Below are positions 33,576 to 43,500 of a DNA stretch of 64,000 bases, in pieces. The translations under genes were made by a program, and so were the position numbers. The DNA lies in NCBI GenBank assembly GCA_965205975.1, contig OZ242195.1:4480001-4544000 (forward strand). The letters run 5' to 3'. Within the stretch, counting starts at the first letter, position 1. The number at the start of each line of letters is the position of its first letter. Below the pieces are notes generated by a model. It saw only the letters and a list, made by a program, of their open reading frames with translations. It had not been told where the DNA came from and did no database searches. Source of the stretch: Candidatus Latescibacterota bacterium (lineage in GTDB: Bacteria; Latescibacterota; UBA2968).

Positions 33576-36077
33576 TTAAGGTTCTGTCGGCACCTCGACA
33601 TTGAACACAGCCTGTCGATTCACACGTTGTCCCGAATTTAAATCATCAATGGCTACTTCCACCATCTTGAGACCAGGCTTCAGAGACTCTGTCTCCAATG
33701 CGAAAAAAACGGGTTCTTCTGTCGCATTCACAACCCGTTCATAGCTAATCGTAAACTCCGGTTCTTTCGCGCCAGCAAACAGCCGTCTCAATCCACCGAT
33801 TACCACACTTGCTACCGCCTTGCTGCCAGACACATTTGGGCGAATGGTATAGGTCACCCGATATTTCGCCTGACCAAACGCATCCAGCGTCAGGTTGTAC
33901 ACTTCGTAATACAGGTTTGCATCCTTATGGAGATTAAAACTCCTCGTAGGAGACGGTATCACTACAAGCTCACCTTTTGTAAACTTTGATGTCTGCGATG
34001 TCTGTGATGTATCAGATATATTATAGGCCATTTCGATTTCACTAACGGCCAGGGAATCTTCAAATGTCGGGATTTCCACCTGCTGGCGATACATACCCCA
34101 CCGGCCAGATACGCGATCTGCTAACTTTACACCCAGGGTATAATGACCAGGCGGAACATCCAGAGATGCCAATTCTACAAATAATCCTTTGTCTTGATTC
34201 TTTGCCACCTCACCCTCAAAGGCGAGCTCATCCGTTTTGCGATAGATCGAGTCTCCTTTGGCATCAGCCAGAACAATGGTTCTTTCTACCGCCATACGAA
34301 CAACCCGATCATCTACATTTTCTAAACGAATTTGCTCTGGCGGAATACCAAAATAAACTTCCAGTGAAGAGCGTTCATTTTCTCCGCGAAAACTCACCGT
34401 ATCATAATAAAATTCTAATAACTTAACACCTGGAGGAACATCAAAATACTCGGGCAACTCCGAAACTGTTTGCATGAGTTGATATGCAGGAGAATGCAAA
34501 GAGGCATGCAGCCCCAAAGACGCATGCCAAATCGTATTTGGTTGAAGCGGAAAATCCCAACTGCCACTCATATATCGATCGGTAAATACAAACTCCAATC
34601 CATCACCAATATTCAGATATACCCAGGATTCCCAGGGCACCCTGGTTGATCCATCAGGAGAACGTTCAATCGGAGCAACAGGCTCAATACCCCATGATAA
34701 TCCTGGCGGAATATTGAGATGCACTGTTCCAAAGGGCCCTTTAACTTCCCATAACCACTCGCTCAGAGGTACTTGATCTAAGCCAATTTTAATTTCCTCC
34801 CCAGCATTCTCATATTCAATCCGTTTCTGCGTGTCTAATTCACGTGGATCTTCTACAGAAACACTCGGTTCGTACATCGATGGCTTTCCAGGTGTCCACG
34901 ATTCACCAGGCAGCACCCGGGGCAATAAATATCGGCTCTGTTCTTGTGCTTTATATCCGAAAGTGCGACCAAATAATTCATCTATTTTACGCATCTTAAA
35001 ATTCTGAACTGCCACACTCGGTATCGAATTCTCACCTCCAGAACTGGACCTGTAATCAGGTTCTCCATACCGAATATATACCTCACCGCGTCTATCCCAC
35101 GGCTGATCCTTGCGACCAAAGAATGTACGCGCATACCACACACGGCGATAATGTTCCATACGTCGGGCATCTCCACCCAACATCAAAGCACCTTCGCGGC
35201 TTTCCCAAAAGCGGGTTAAAAAATTTTCGCGCTCATCCTCTGAGATGGATGCCAGTGCCTCCAGTTCAGCATCCGTAGCGATAAGCGATAGATCATTGTA
35301 ATAGGCGCGTTCATCCTCAGAAACACCTTGCAAATATTCTTCAAATAGGATCAAGCTGCGCTCTGCATCACCTCGAGAAGCATACCCTTGTGCTATCAAG
35401 GGCATCCATCTCATATCATTCGAAAAACGCTCTTTTGCTTCAGCACTTATCTTCAGGACTTCATCGTAGCGATGATTTTCAAGATGTGATAGTGTCAGGT
35501 GATAATATCCCATCGGATCATTTGGAAAGTGGGCGATGTATTGTTCGCAGTATTGTACTATCTCCCGCTTATAATTTAGGTGAGCTTGCTCGTACCATAA
35601 AATTAACTCGCGATATCCCGGGGCATAGTTTGGGTCCATTTCGATAACTCGGCGCAATGCTTTCTCTGCATCCTGATTGCCTAATTCTACGTGCAATAGC
35701 GCAATCTGCATTTGGGCTTCGAGATATGCAGGATCTACACCTAACGCTTGACGAAAAGCGACAAATGCCTTTTGATCCATTCTTTCCATCATTACATAAA
35801 CTTTTCCCAACCCGGTGTATGCCTCAGCCGACTTTGCATATCGCACGCCTTTGTCGAAAGCCTTCTTAGCATCCGTTAACCGCTCTTCACTTAGATATAC
35901 ATAACCGAGCTTTATCCAGGCATCACCGTCTTTGGGGTTATCCTGTAAATGGGATGTAAGAACCTCAATGGCGTCTGTTACCGACTCGGCATTCGATTGG
36001 TCATGCGCCTCAAGCCCCCACAAGAGTTGCGGGAGTAAGAAGACGCAAAGTATCAACCAATGGTTCTTGCCAGTCAT
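33576..36077 (-). CDS. TPR + GWxTD-domain secreted protein (paralogue 3)
   Basis: AGGAGG SD before ATG 36077 (MTGKNHW); TPRs; FWESRE, EHYRRVWYA, PWDRRGEVYIRYGEPD, PWESWVY, FTD. Confidence 0.85.
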   Translation of the reverse strand: MTGKNHWLILCVFLLPQLLWGLEAHDQSNAESVTDAIEVLTSHLQDNPKDGDAWIKLGYVYLSEERLTDAKKAFDKGVRYAKSAEAYTGLGKVYVMMERMDQKAFVAFRQALGVDPAYLEAQMQIALLHVELGNQDAEKALRRVIEMDPNYAPGYRELILWYEQAHLNYKREIVQYCEQYIAHFPNDPMGYYHLTLSHLENHRYDEVLKISAEAKERFSNDMRWMPLIAQGYASRGDAERSLILFEEYLQGVSEDERAYYNDLSLIATDAELEALASISEDERENFLTRFWESREGALMLGGDARRMEHYRRVWYARTFFGRKDQPWDRRGEVYIRYGEPDYRSSSGGENSIPSVAVQNFKMRKIDELFGRTFGYKAQEQSRYLLPRVLPGESWTPGKPSMYEPSVSVEDPRELDTQKRIEYENAGEEIKIGLDQVPLSEWLWEVKGPFGTVHLNIPPGLSWGIEPVAPIERSPDGSTRVPWESWVYLNIGDGLEFVFTDRYMSGSWDFPLQPNTIWHASLGLHASLHSPAYQLMQTVSELPEYFDVPPGVKLLEFYYDTVSFRGENERSSLEVYFGIPPEQIRLENVDDRVVRMAVERTIVLADAKGDSIYRKTDELAFEGEVAKNQDKGLFVELASLDVPPGHYTLGVKLADRVSGRWGMYRQQVEIPTFEDSLAVSEIEMAYNISDTSQTSQTSKFTKGELVVIPSPTRSFNLHKDANLYYEVYNLTLDAFGQAKYRVTYTIRPNVSGSKAVASVVIGGLRRLFAGAKEPEFTISYERVVNATEEPVFFALETESLKPGLKMVEVAIDDLNSGQRVNRQAVFNVEVPTEP

Positions 36078-36154
36078 GTCATCCTCCTGTTGACACACGT
36101 TTGAATAATCAAATTCCTTACCCTTTATACAGTTTTATACAGCAATTGTTTCGT

Positions 36155-38140
36155 TCAATACCATTTGTGAACCGTATGTCCCTGGGGCATGAACCAGATC
36201 GCATCTACGATGAGGCCCAGGGCGGTTGACAGGACATAAGCCACGAGCATGCCGACGAAAAACGGTTTGGAGCGGCGGTAAAAAGGTGCCCCGCCGATGC
36301 GCAATAATGTGAATTTGATCAGCCAGGCGACAAAGATGGTGAAGCTGGTGAGGCGGGCGAGTCCGGTGCCCGATAGGGCGAGGCCAATGGGGTGCAGGGG
36401 CCACCAGGTGAATTGGTATCGCAGGAATAACAGGGCGTACATGGCGAATGCGCCGATGAGAAAGAAATAGTAGTCGATCTCTTCCATCGGTTGCGGCGAT
36501 ACGATCGCGTTGACGGAATTTTGATATCCGCCTATGCCTGCGCGAATGATGAGCCAATTTGGCGAGAAATTGTACCCGCCAATGCGATAGCCCAGCCAGA
36601 TTGTAAAGAGGGTGGATGAGACGATGCCGACCACAAAAGCCACGCAGAGGCCGCCGAAGAGGGGGCGTTTGTTGCCGGTGATGAAGTCGGACAGGCGGTT
36701 GAGGTGCGTGCCCACGGAAAAGGTAAATCCGCGGAAGTGATCGATGGCGACAGATGCCGGATAGATCATGGCATGAGACGCCGCTGGAATGGCGCGGGCA
36801 CCGCCCATAAGCGCGGTTGTCAGTGTCCAGGCCCTGGATGGTGCCATGACGTAAATAAGTCCGGAATCGGCCAGAATTTTCGATACGGCACCATAGGACA
36901 AAAACATGAATGGCAACAGGATGGCGAGGACTTTCCACGCCATGCCCGCTGCGGACAACCAGACCAGTGCGTAGGCGACTGAAGCGGCGAGATAGCAGAA
37001 GGCTGCGCGATAGGATATGAGTTCTCGGCTGTCGTCTATATGCTCGCTTTTTGGATGGAGCGCTTTTTGAAATGCCTCTTTCAGATGCGCCCGCGCTATC
37101 CACACCCACCACAGTGATAGGGCGACAAACGCGCCCGTTGTTTGCCAGAGATAGCGTTTGGAGGCGTAGTAGCGGTTAAAGGCCGGTATGCCGAGTTGAT
37201 CGAGGATGCCGGATTCTACGATGAATATGAGATCAAAGAGCCACATGCTGAACAATAATTCCAGGCTCGCAAAATACGAAAAGCATATTCCCACGGTGCT
37301 TACGAATACCCACTGCGGCGGAAAGTTCCGGCCAATGGGTACCCAGGTGCCACCGGCGGTTGGAAATTTTGGCAGCGCGGGATGAAACCACGCGATGATG
37401 TTCCAGACGAATATCACGCCTACCACGCCAAATCCAGTCCAGAACATCCGTCCCTGCATAAACTCGGGCAAATAGGTCCGTCCCGTGCCGGGCTGTGTGG
37501 TCAGTTCGACGATGGGCTCCATGGCGGGATAGACCAGTTTTTCGTGCTCTGCCCATTGTTTGCGCATGATGACCGAGGCACAAAAGCAGGCGAGTGCTAT
37601 GGCACATACAAAGGTGAACCACCAGAAGAGGGGACCGATCCAGACGGACCAGGGCACGGGCGCACCGGCGGGCAAGCCGTCGTAGAACCAGTTCATTGCG
37701 CCGTCGCGATTGGATGGAATAATCCATTCGGGCAGGTGCGGGTGCAAAAACTCTGCCCACCGGTTTTCGGGCGAGGAAAAATAGTAGGGGGTTACGATGA
37801 CGCCGACCAGATATCCGCTTACCCCGTATGTGGGACCGAGGGAACAGATAAAGCCCATTGAAAAGATTGCGAGCCATTCGCCCGGGGAAAAGGCAAAGGG
37901 TTTGCCAAAGTACCGCGCGAGCACACTGCACACAATCAGACACAGCAGGGTGAGCATCAGGTTGCCCATGGGCATGTGGCTGTAGGCCATAAATGAGCTG
38001 TGCATGATATATCGCGCGACTGTTGCCAGTGCGTTGATTGCAACAACCAGCACAAGCCCAAAGATCAGCGATCGGACTGTGACCCCTTTGTTCGCAGGAT
38101 CTGGCGAATCTGCGATTGGATATGTTCGTTCTGCGCTCAA
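36155..38140 (-). CDS. Polytopic membrane protein, DUF6785/DUF6784-like (OPT-like putative transporter)
   Basis: Many hydrophobic segments; TVRSLIFG, PYYFSSPENRW, VPWSVWIGPL, MRKQW.EHEKL.YP, WWPLHPIG, LRIGG..FYR...PFFVG. TTG start 10 nt after the upstream stop. Confidence 0.75.
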   Translation of the reverse strand: MSAERTYPIADSPDPANKGVTVRSLIFGLVLVVAINALATVARYIMHSSFMAYSHMPMGNLMLTLLCLIVCSVLARYFGKPFAFSPGEWLAIFSMGFICSLGPTYGVSGYLVGVIVTPYYFSSPENRWAEFLHPHLPEWIIPSNRDGAMNWFYDGLPAGAPVPWSVWIGPLFWWFTFVCAIALACFCASVIMRKQWAEHEKLVYPAMEPIVELTTQPGTGRTYLPEFMQGRMFWTGFGVVGVIFVWNIIAWFHPALPKFPTAGGTWVPIGRNFPPQWVFVSTVGICFSYFASLELLFSMWLFDLIFIVESGILDQLGIPAFNRYYASKRYLWQTTGAFVALSLWWVWIARAHLKEAFQKALHPKSEHIDDSRELISYRAAFCYLAASVAYALVWLSAAGMAWKVLAILLPFMFLSYGAVSKILADSGLIYVMAPSRAWTLTTALMGGARAIPAASHAMIYPASVAIDHFRGFTFSVGTHLNRLSDFITGNKRPLFGGLCVAFVVGIVSSTLFTIWLGYRIGGYNFSPNWLIIRAGIGGYQNSVNAIVSPQPMEEIDYYFFLIGAFAMYALLFLRYQFTWWPLHPIGLALSGTGLARLTSFTIFVAWLIKFTLLRIGGAPFYRRSKPFFVGMLVAYVLSTALGLIVDAIWFMPQGHTVHKWY

Positions 38141-38150
38141 TTTTTAATTT

Positions 38151-40493
38151 TTACCTCTTACCGATTCTGAATATCCCCTCCCGAATAGCGGTCTGGGCGC
38201 TGTTGAGGTCTTTTACTGTCATGATTAACCGATACCGCCCGGTTTCAATGCGGCCGATGTCCAGTTCGACGTAGTCGGCAGTCCAGAGGTCGCGCCCCGT
38301 TTGTTCGTATTGTACGGTGATCAGTTCCCCATCTCTGCGCCGTATTCTGGGTTGCGAGGCGAGTTCGCGTCCTTTTTCCGGTGCTACGGCAAAGGCGACC
38401 TGGTAGCGCGTTTGCCCGAAGGTGTCTCGCGTCAGGTTGTAAATTTCAAAATAAACGAAGATGGGAGTCCCGAGAAAAAAGGTGCGGGATGGCGATGTTG
38501 TGATGCGCCATTTGTTGCGCGCAGTCGTGGTGTCGCTTTGGCTTTCGTTTGAGGAAGCCGGTTGTTCAATATGCTGTGCGATCTGTAGATCGCTGAGCAT
38601 TAAACTGTCACCTGAAAAATCGTGCAGGCGCACTTTTTCCCGATAATTGCCCAGGCGATTGGTGTTGACGCGCCACATTTGTACGGCGAGGTCATATTCG
38701 CCGGGGGATAGGGGGATGTCGATGCGGTCTCTGGCGATCAGGCTTTTTCCCCGGAGTCCAGGGGGTATGGGGATGCCTACGTCTTCCCGCAGGCGTTTTG
38801 CTTCGCGGTTCTGGTCATCTACGAGGGCGATGCGCCGCTCGATTACGACTGTGGTATCCGGGTCTCTGGACATTGCCACTTCGTCGATTGGGAGGCCGAT
38901 GTTGATTTGCAGGTCTGTTTTGCCATTTTTTCCGCGGAATGACAGGGCCTCGTAGTAGAAGTTGAGGGGATCGAGGTCGGATGTGTCGTAGCGTTCGGGT
39001 TTTTTTGCCGCTGCTGCTGCGACTTGTGATGCAGGCGAGAAGTCGTTCACCATTTGGAGGAATCTGAGCGGCGACCCGCGAGAAGCGACGTCATAAACAT
39101 CTTCTCTGTCGATGGTCGGTACGGGGGCATAGCCGAAGATATTTGAGTGCATTTCGTCGGTGAATACGACTTCTATACCGTGGTTGATGTCGGGATAGAT
39201 CCACACTTCCCAGGGTACGCTGGAGAAATCGTTTCCGGCTGTTACGGGTTTCCATCCACGCAAGCCGAGGGTGCCGTCGTCTTCTTCGAGGGGGAGGTTG
39301 CTTTCGACATTTCGAAGCGCAATGCGGACGGGAAATACAGGTCCGGTGTAGGTTACAGTTGTGCCGGGACGGCCGTAGAGTTGAAATGCCAGTTTTTCCT
39401 GGATGCGCTGCACGGGGATCGGTACGCTGGCATTGGGCTCGCGCCAGGTTGAGCGGTAATCCGGCTCTCCGTATCGGATATAGACTTCGCCCCGCTGATC
39501 AAAGGGGTATTTGTAACGCCCAAAGAAGGTTCGCGCGTGCCAGACGCGGCGGTAGTGTTCTGCGCGTCTCTGGCTTCCTCCGGTTGTGCCAAAAGGGTCT
39601 TTGCGGATCCAGAAGGCGTTCAGAAAGGCGTCCATATCTTCGTCTGAGATTGTGCGGTAGGATGCGATTTCTCCCGGCGTGGCGATCAGGGAAATGTCTT
39701 CATAGATTGCTTTTTCCCGTTGAGATAGGGTGTCCAGATATTTTTGAAATACGGATAGGGCGTCTTCATAGCGCCGCGAGGCCAGAAGTACTTGCGCCAA
39801 TAGCGGGAGTCTTCGCGCATCGGTCATGCGCGAAGCGATCTCGGTTACGACGTTGTAGCGTTTTTCGGTCAAAAATTCAAGGGCAAATTCAAGTGCGGGC
39901 GTTTCGTCCTGTGCGCCATAGGACAGGTAGGTGTTGTAGTGGGATAGTGCCCGGGGGGTATCGCCTTTTTTGCGATAAAGACGCGCCAATAGCAGGTGGG
40001 CGGGACCATAGCGGGGATTGATTTGTAGTGCCTTGTTTGCCGCTTCTATTGCGTCTTTTTCTTTTCCGCGCGCCAGATGGGTTCTGCCGAGGACTTCGCG
40101 GCTTTCGGCGCGGTTGGAATCGGCCTGGATCGCCTGTTTGAGATGGGAGGTCGCGCGTTTGAGTTTGTTGCGATATTCCAGTAGAACGCGTCCCAATCCG
40201 AGGTGGGCATCTCCCTGATGCGGATCGTTTTTCAGTGATCGCTCAAATGCGGCTTCGGCGCTGTCGGGCAGTTGTAGCCGAAGATAGAGATGGCCGATAC
40301 GGGCGAGTAGCAGGGTGGAGTCCGCAGAACTGGGCACTGCTTCGTTTAATGTGTTGAGGGCTTCTCTGATCAGGGTTTTTCGCCCGAGAGCCTGAGCTTT
40401 GAGATAAACGGCATCCAGGTCTGTATCTTCGGCGGAGGCATGTCCGGCAATGCAGAAAAGTAGAAGGAAATGTACCCAATAGCGAATATTCAT
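38151..40493 (-). CDS. TPR + GWxTD-domain secreted protein (paralogue 2)
   Basis: Signal peptide (HASA-E); TPRs; FWIRKDP, EHYRRVWHA, PFDQRGEVYIRYGEPD, PWEVWIY, FTDE. Confidence 0.85.
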   Translation of the reverse strand: MNIRYWVHFLLLFCIAGHASAEDTDLDAVYLKAQALGRKTLIREALNTLNEAVPSSADSTLLLARIGHLYLRLQLPDSAEAAFERSLKNDPHQGDAHLGLGRVLLEYRNKLKRATSHLKQAIQADSNRAESREVLGRTHLARGKEKDAIEAANKALQINPRYGPAHLLLARLYRKKGDTPRALSHYNTYLSYGAQDETPALEFALEFLTEKRYNVVTEIASRMTDARRLPLLAQVLLASRRYEDALSVFQKYLDTLSQREKAIYEDISLIATPGEIASYRTISDEDMDAFLNAFWIRKDPFGTTGGSQRRAEHYRRVWHARTFFGRYKYPFDQRGEVYIRYGEPDYRSTWREPNASVPIPVQRIQEKLAFQLYGRPGTTVTYTGPVFPVRIALRNVESNLPLEEDDGTLGLRGWKPVTAGNDFSSVPWEVWIYPDINHGIEVVFTDEMHSNIFGYAPVPTIDREDVYDVASRGSPLRFLQMVNDFSPASQVAAAAAKKPERYDTSDLDPLNFYYEALSFRGKNGKTDLQINIGLPIDEVAMSRDPDTTVVIERRIALVDDQNREAKRLREDVGIPIPPGLRGKSLIARDRIDIPLSPGEYDLAVQMWRVNTNRLGNYREKVRLHDFSGDSLMLSDLQIAQHIEQPASSNESQSDTTTARNKWRITTSPSRTFFLGTPIFVYFEIYNLTRDTFGQTRYQVAFAVAPEKGRELASQPRIRRRDGELITVQYEQTGRDLWTADYVELDIGRIETGRYRLIMTVKDLNSAQTAIREGIFRIGKR

Positions 40494-40500
40494 AATTGTC

Positions 40501-43500
40501 TCACTGTACTACAAAAAGGGCATTTTTAGAGGCGGTCTGTTCGCTGTTCAAATCGGTTATCACGACTTCCAGCGCGTAGCGTCCCGGTTCGCGGTCGCCC
40601 AATTCCAATTCGGTATAGACGGTTTCCAGGTCCATTGTTCCGACCTGTTCATATCCCATTAACACTTTTTCTCGTTTGCCGCCAAGCGTTCTCACCATGC
40701 GAGATACGGCACCGCCCACGCCTTTGCCTTTTGGCGCGATTGTGTATTCCACCTGGTATTTTGTCTGACCAAATTCATCGCGTTTCAGATTGTAGATTTC
40801 GTAATACACGAAAATGTTTTGTCCCTTCGGATAGGTTCGCGTGGGCATGGGCACCACGTGTAACTCGCCTTTGCGGAATTTGTCCTGGGGTCCGCCTTCT
40901 GCAATGCGCCATGCGAGTTCCAGGTCGCTCACTTTCATCGAGCGGGTCTGATATTTTTCCAATTCGATAATCTGGCGATAACGCCCCTGCCGCCCGGACA
41001 GGCGGTCCTGTAGCTGTACTTCCAGCTTGTAATATCCCGGTGGGGCGTCCAGGCGCACGACATCGGGTACAAAGGCGCCCTGTATGCCGGTTTGATCGCC
41101 TTTATTGCGAAAGCGCACATCGCCGGTGCGCCGATATACGTCTCCGGTTTGTTCGTTCAAGAGGGATACGGTTCGCTCCACGACCAGTTCGGTAGTGTTG
41201 TTTTCGGCAAAATACCGCCCCAGTGTCCGCGGGATTCCCGTATAGACTTCCAGCGCGCTCACGTCATTTTGGAGGCTCTGAAAATCTGCGAGATCGTAAT
41301 AGAATTCCAGGGGGCGGGTGTTTTCTGGGGTTGCGTAATAATCCGGTGTTACCCGCGCGGCGAACTCGGTAACCCTGCGGGGATTGTACCGGTTGAGTAG
41401 AGCCAGTGTGCGGATGGGGATGTTGGGATCCAGGGGCGCGGGCGCGTAGTCGAAATTGCCGTTCATTGCTTCGTCGGTGAAGGTTATTTCGATGCCGCCG
41501 TTCACATCGGTATAGATCCAAGTCTCCCACCGAACCATTGAGGCGTCTTCCGGAACGGAGACCGCGTGGAAATCCGGCTGGAGATCAAAAAATCCACTTC
41601 CCATGTTTCCGGCGTTGACCACTGTATTTGCCAGCCGTTCAAAAGTGCTGATGTCTTCTCCGGTCTGGTCATCGCCTGTTGCCTGTGCCGAACGCACGGT
41701 GCGCTGTTCTTCGTCTCCTGACTCGAGTCCCTGTCGCTCCCGTTCCTGTGACTGTTCAATGGCCTGCTGCATGGATTCGTCCTCGATTTGCGCCCTGAGT
41801 GGGGTTGCGCCACTTAGTCTGGCTTGAAGTCCCCGCACGGGATATACCGGGCCAAAGTAGGTCTGTTGCGCGGCTTCGCCACCAAATAGCGTTTGTGCCA
41901 CGCGCTCTTTGACACGCTGCACGGAGAGGCTCTGATCCAGGTTCAGCATGTTGGAACGCGATCTGTAATCCGGTTCTCCGAATCGGATATAGACCTCGCC
42001 GCGCCGGTCAAAGGGCTTTTTTTTCTCTGAGAAATTGGTGAGGGCATACCATACCCGTCTGTAGTGCTCCAGTTTGCGTTCGTTGATCGATGTGATCAGG
42101 TTTGGGTCTTTCAGTGCCCAGAATTGTCGCAAATATGACGAACGCGCCGCGTCTGTGTCGAGGCTGTTGTATTCTTCCAGCTCTTCGACGGATGCGAGGA
42201 ATTGGATGTCTTCGTATAGTGCGCGGTGTTGCGGATTGAGGTGCGCCACATAGCGGGAAAAATAGGTCTGTGCCCAGTTCGGGCGTTTCTGTTCAAGACA
42301 TGCCTGCGCCAGGATGGGCAGGGATGTTATTTCTTCGGGGTACTCGCGGATGTGATCTTCCAGTAACTGCACGATGCGGTCGAAATTTTTGCTTCGCAAA
42401 TAGGCTCTTGAGAGCAGTTCTCTGCCTTCCGGGTCCCCGGGCGCGAGTGTTATATAGCGGGCATAGGCCATGGCCGCCTGTTCATAGTCTTCTTCCTGTT
42501 CTTCCCACCATTTGCCCAGCAGTTTGTAGGTCGGCGCGTAGGTTGGGTCCAGTGCAATGACGTGATCGAGGTCGCGTTTGGTGTCGTATTCTTTGAGCTT
42601 ATATCGCGCCTGCGCCATGTTGAAACGGGCATCGCGGTGGGTATTGTATAGCTGCGATAGCCGTTCATCTGGCGGCCACTGCAAGGCTCTTCTGAAATAG
42701 CGGATGGCGTTGTACATGCCTTTGGGGCGATTTTGAAAGACGAGTCCCAGTCCGTTGTACGCCTCGGATAGGCGGTGATTGAGGTCAATTGCTCGCTCAA
42801 AAGCGTCCCGCGCGCGGTCGTAATTCTCTACCTCTAAATAGGCATAGCCGAGGAGGCAATGGCCCAGTTCCATCTCGGGTGCGACATGGGTGAGTGCGGT
42901 TAGTATGGGCACGGCGAGGGTGTCGTTTTGCGATAGGAAGATTTTGCCTATTGTCAGGAGTGAATCTATCTGTGTTTGTCCAATGGGGCGGTCCTGCACG
43001 CGATAATTCTCGGTGTGTCGAACCAGTTCTACGAAGCGGCCGGGGTAAAAATAGCTTACGACAATGGCTTCACCTGTAGCGGCGTTGGGTCTGTAAAAAT
43101 AGCTGACGGGCCGGGTTTGGTCCCGATCTACGGGGGCGCGGAACAGGCGGGCGATGGTCCCGGGATCTGCCCGGGATTCCGCAATAGCCCATTTTTGAAG
43201 CGCGGACAGTTGGTCGGGCATTTCTCCGCGATGGTCGCGGTGGTATGCGGTTAATAGCCTGGCGATTGCGGTGAGGTGGTCGCGGCAAACCCAGCGCGAT
43301 CCATTTTTCCGAATTTCTTGCGCGGCGGTTTGAAAGGTTTGCACATAGTCCCGCATTGGTGATTCGGATAGACCGTTTTTAGCGGATTGTCTGGCCAAGG
43401 ATTCAAAATGGCGCGCCGCCTGTTTGTAATAATCAGCGGCTTGTTTGAAGTCCCAGCGCGAGAGGCTCAATTGCGCCAGGCGTGCAGCGTTGAAGCCCGA

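Noticed and set aside
36135..37943. 325-aa and 236-aa same-strand ORFs overlapping the DUF6785 gene
   Set aside because: Alternative frames with low-complexity Arg/His/Pro composition; the membrane protein frame explains the region.
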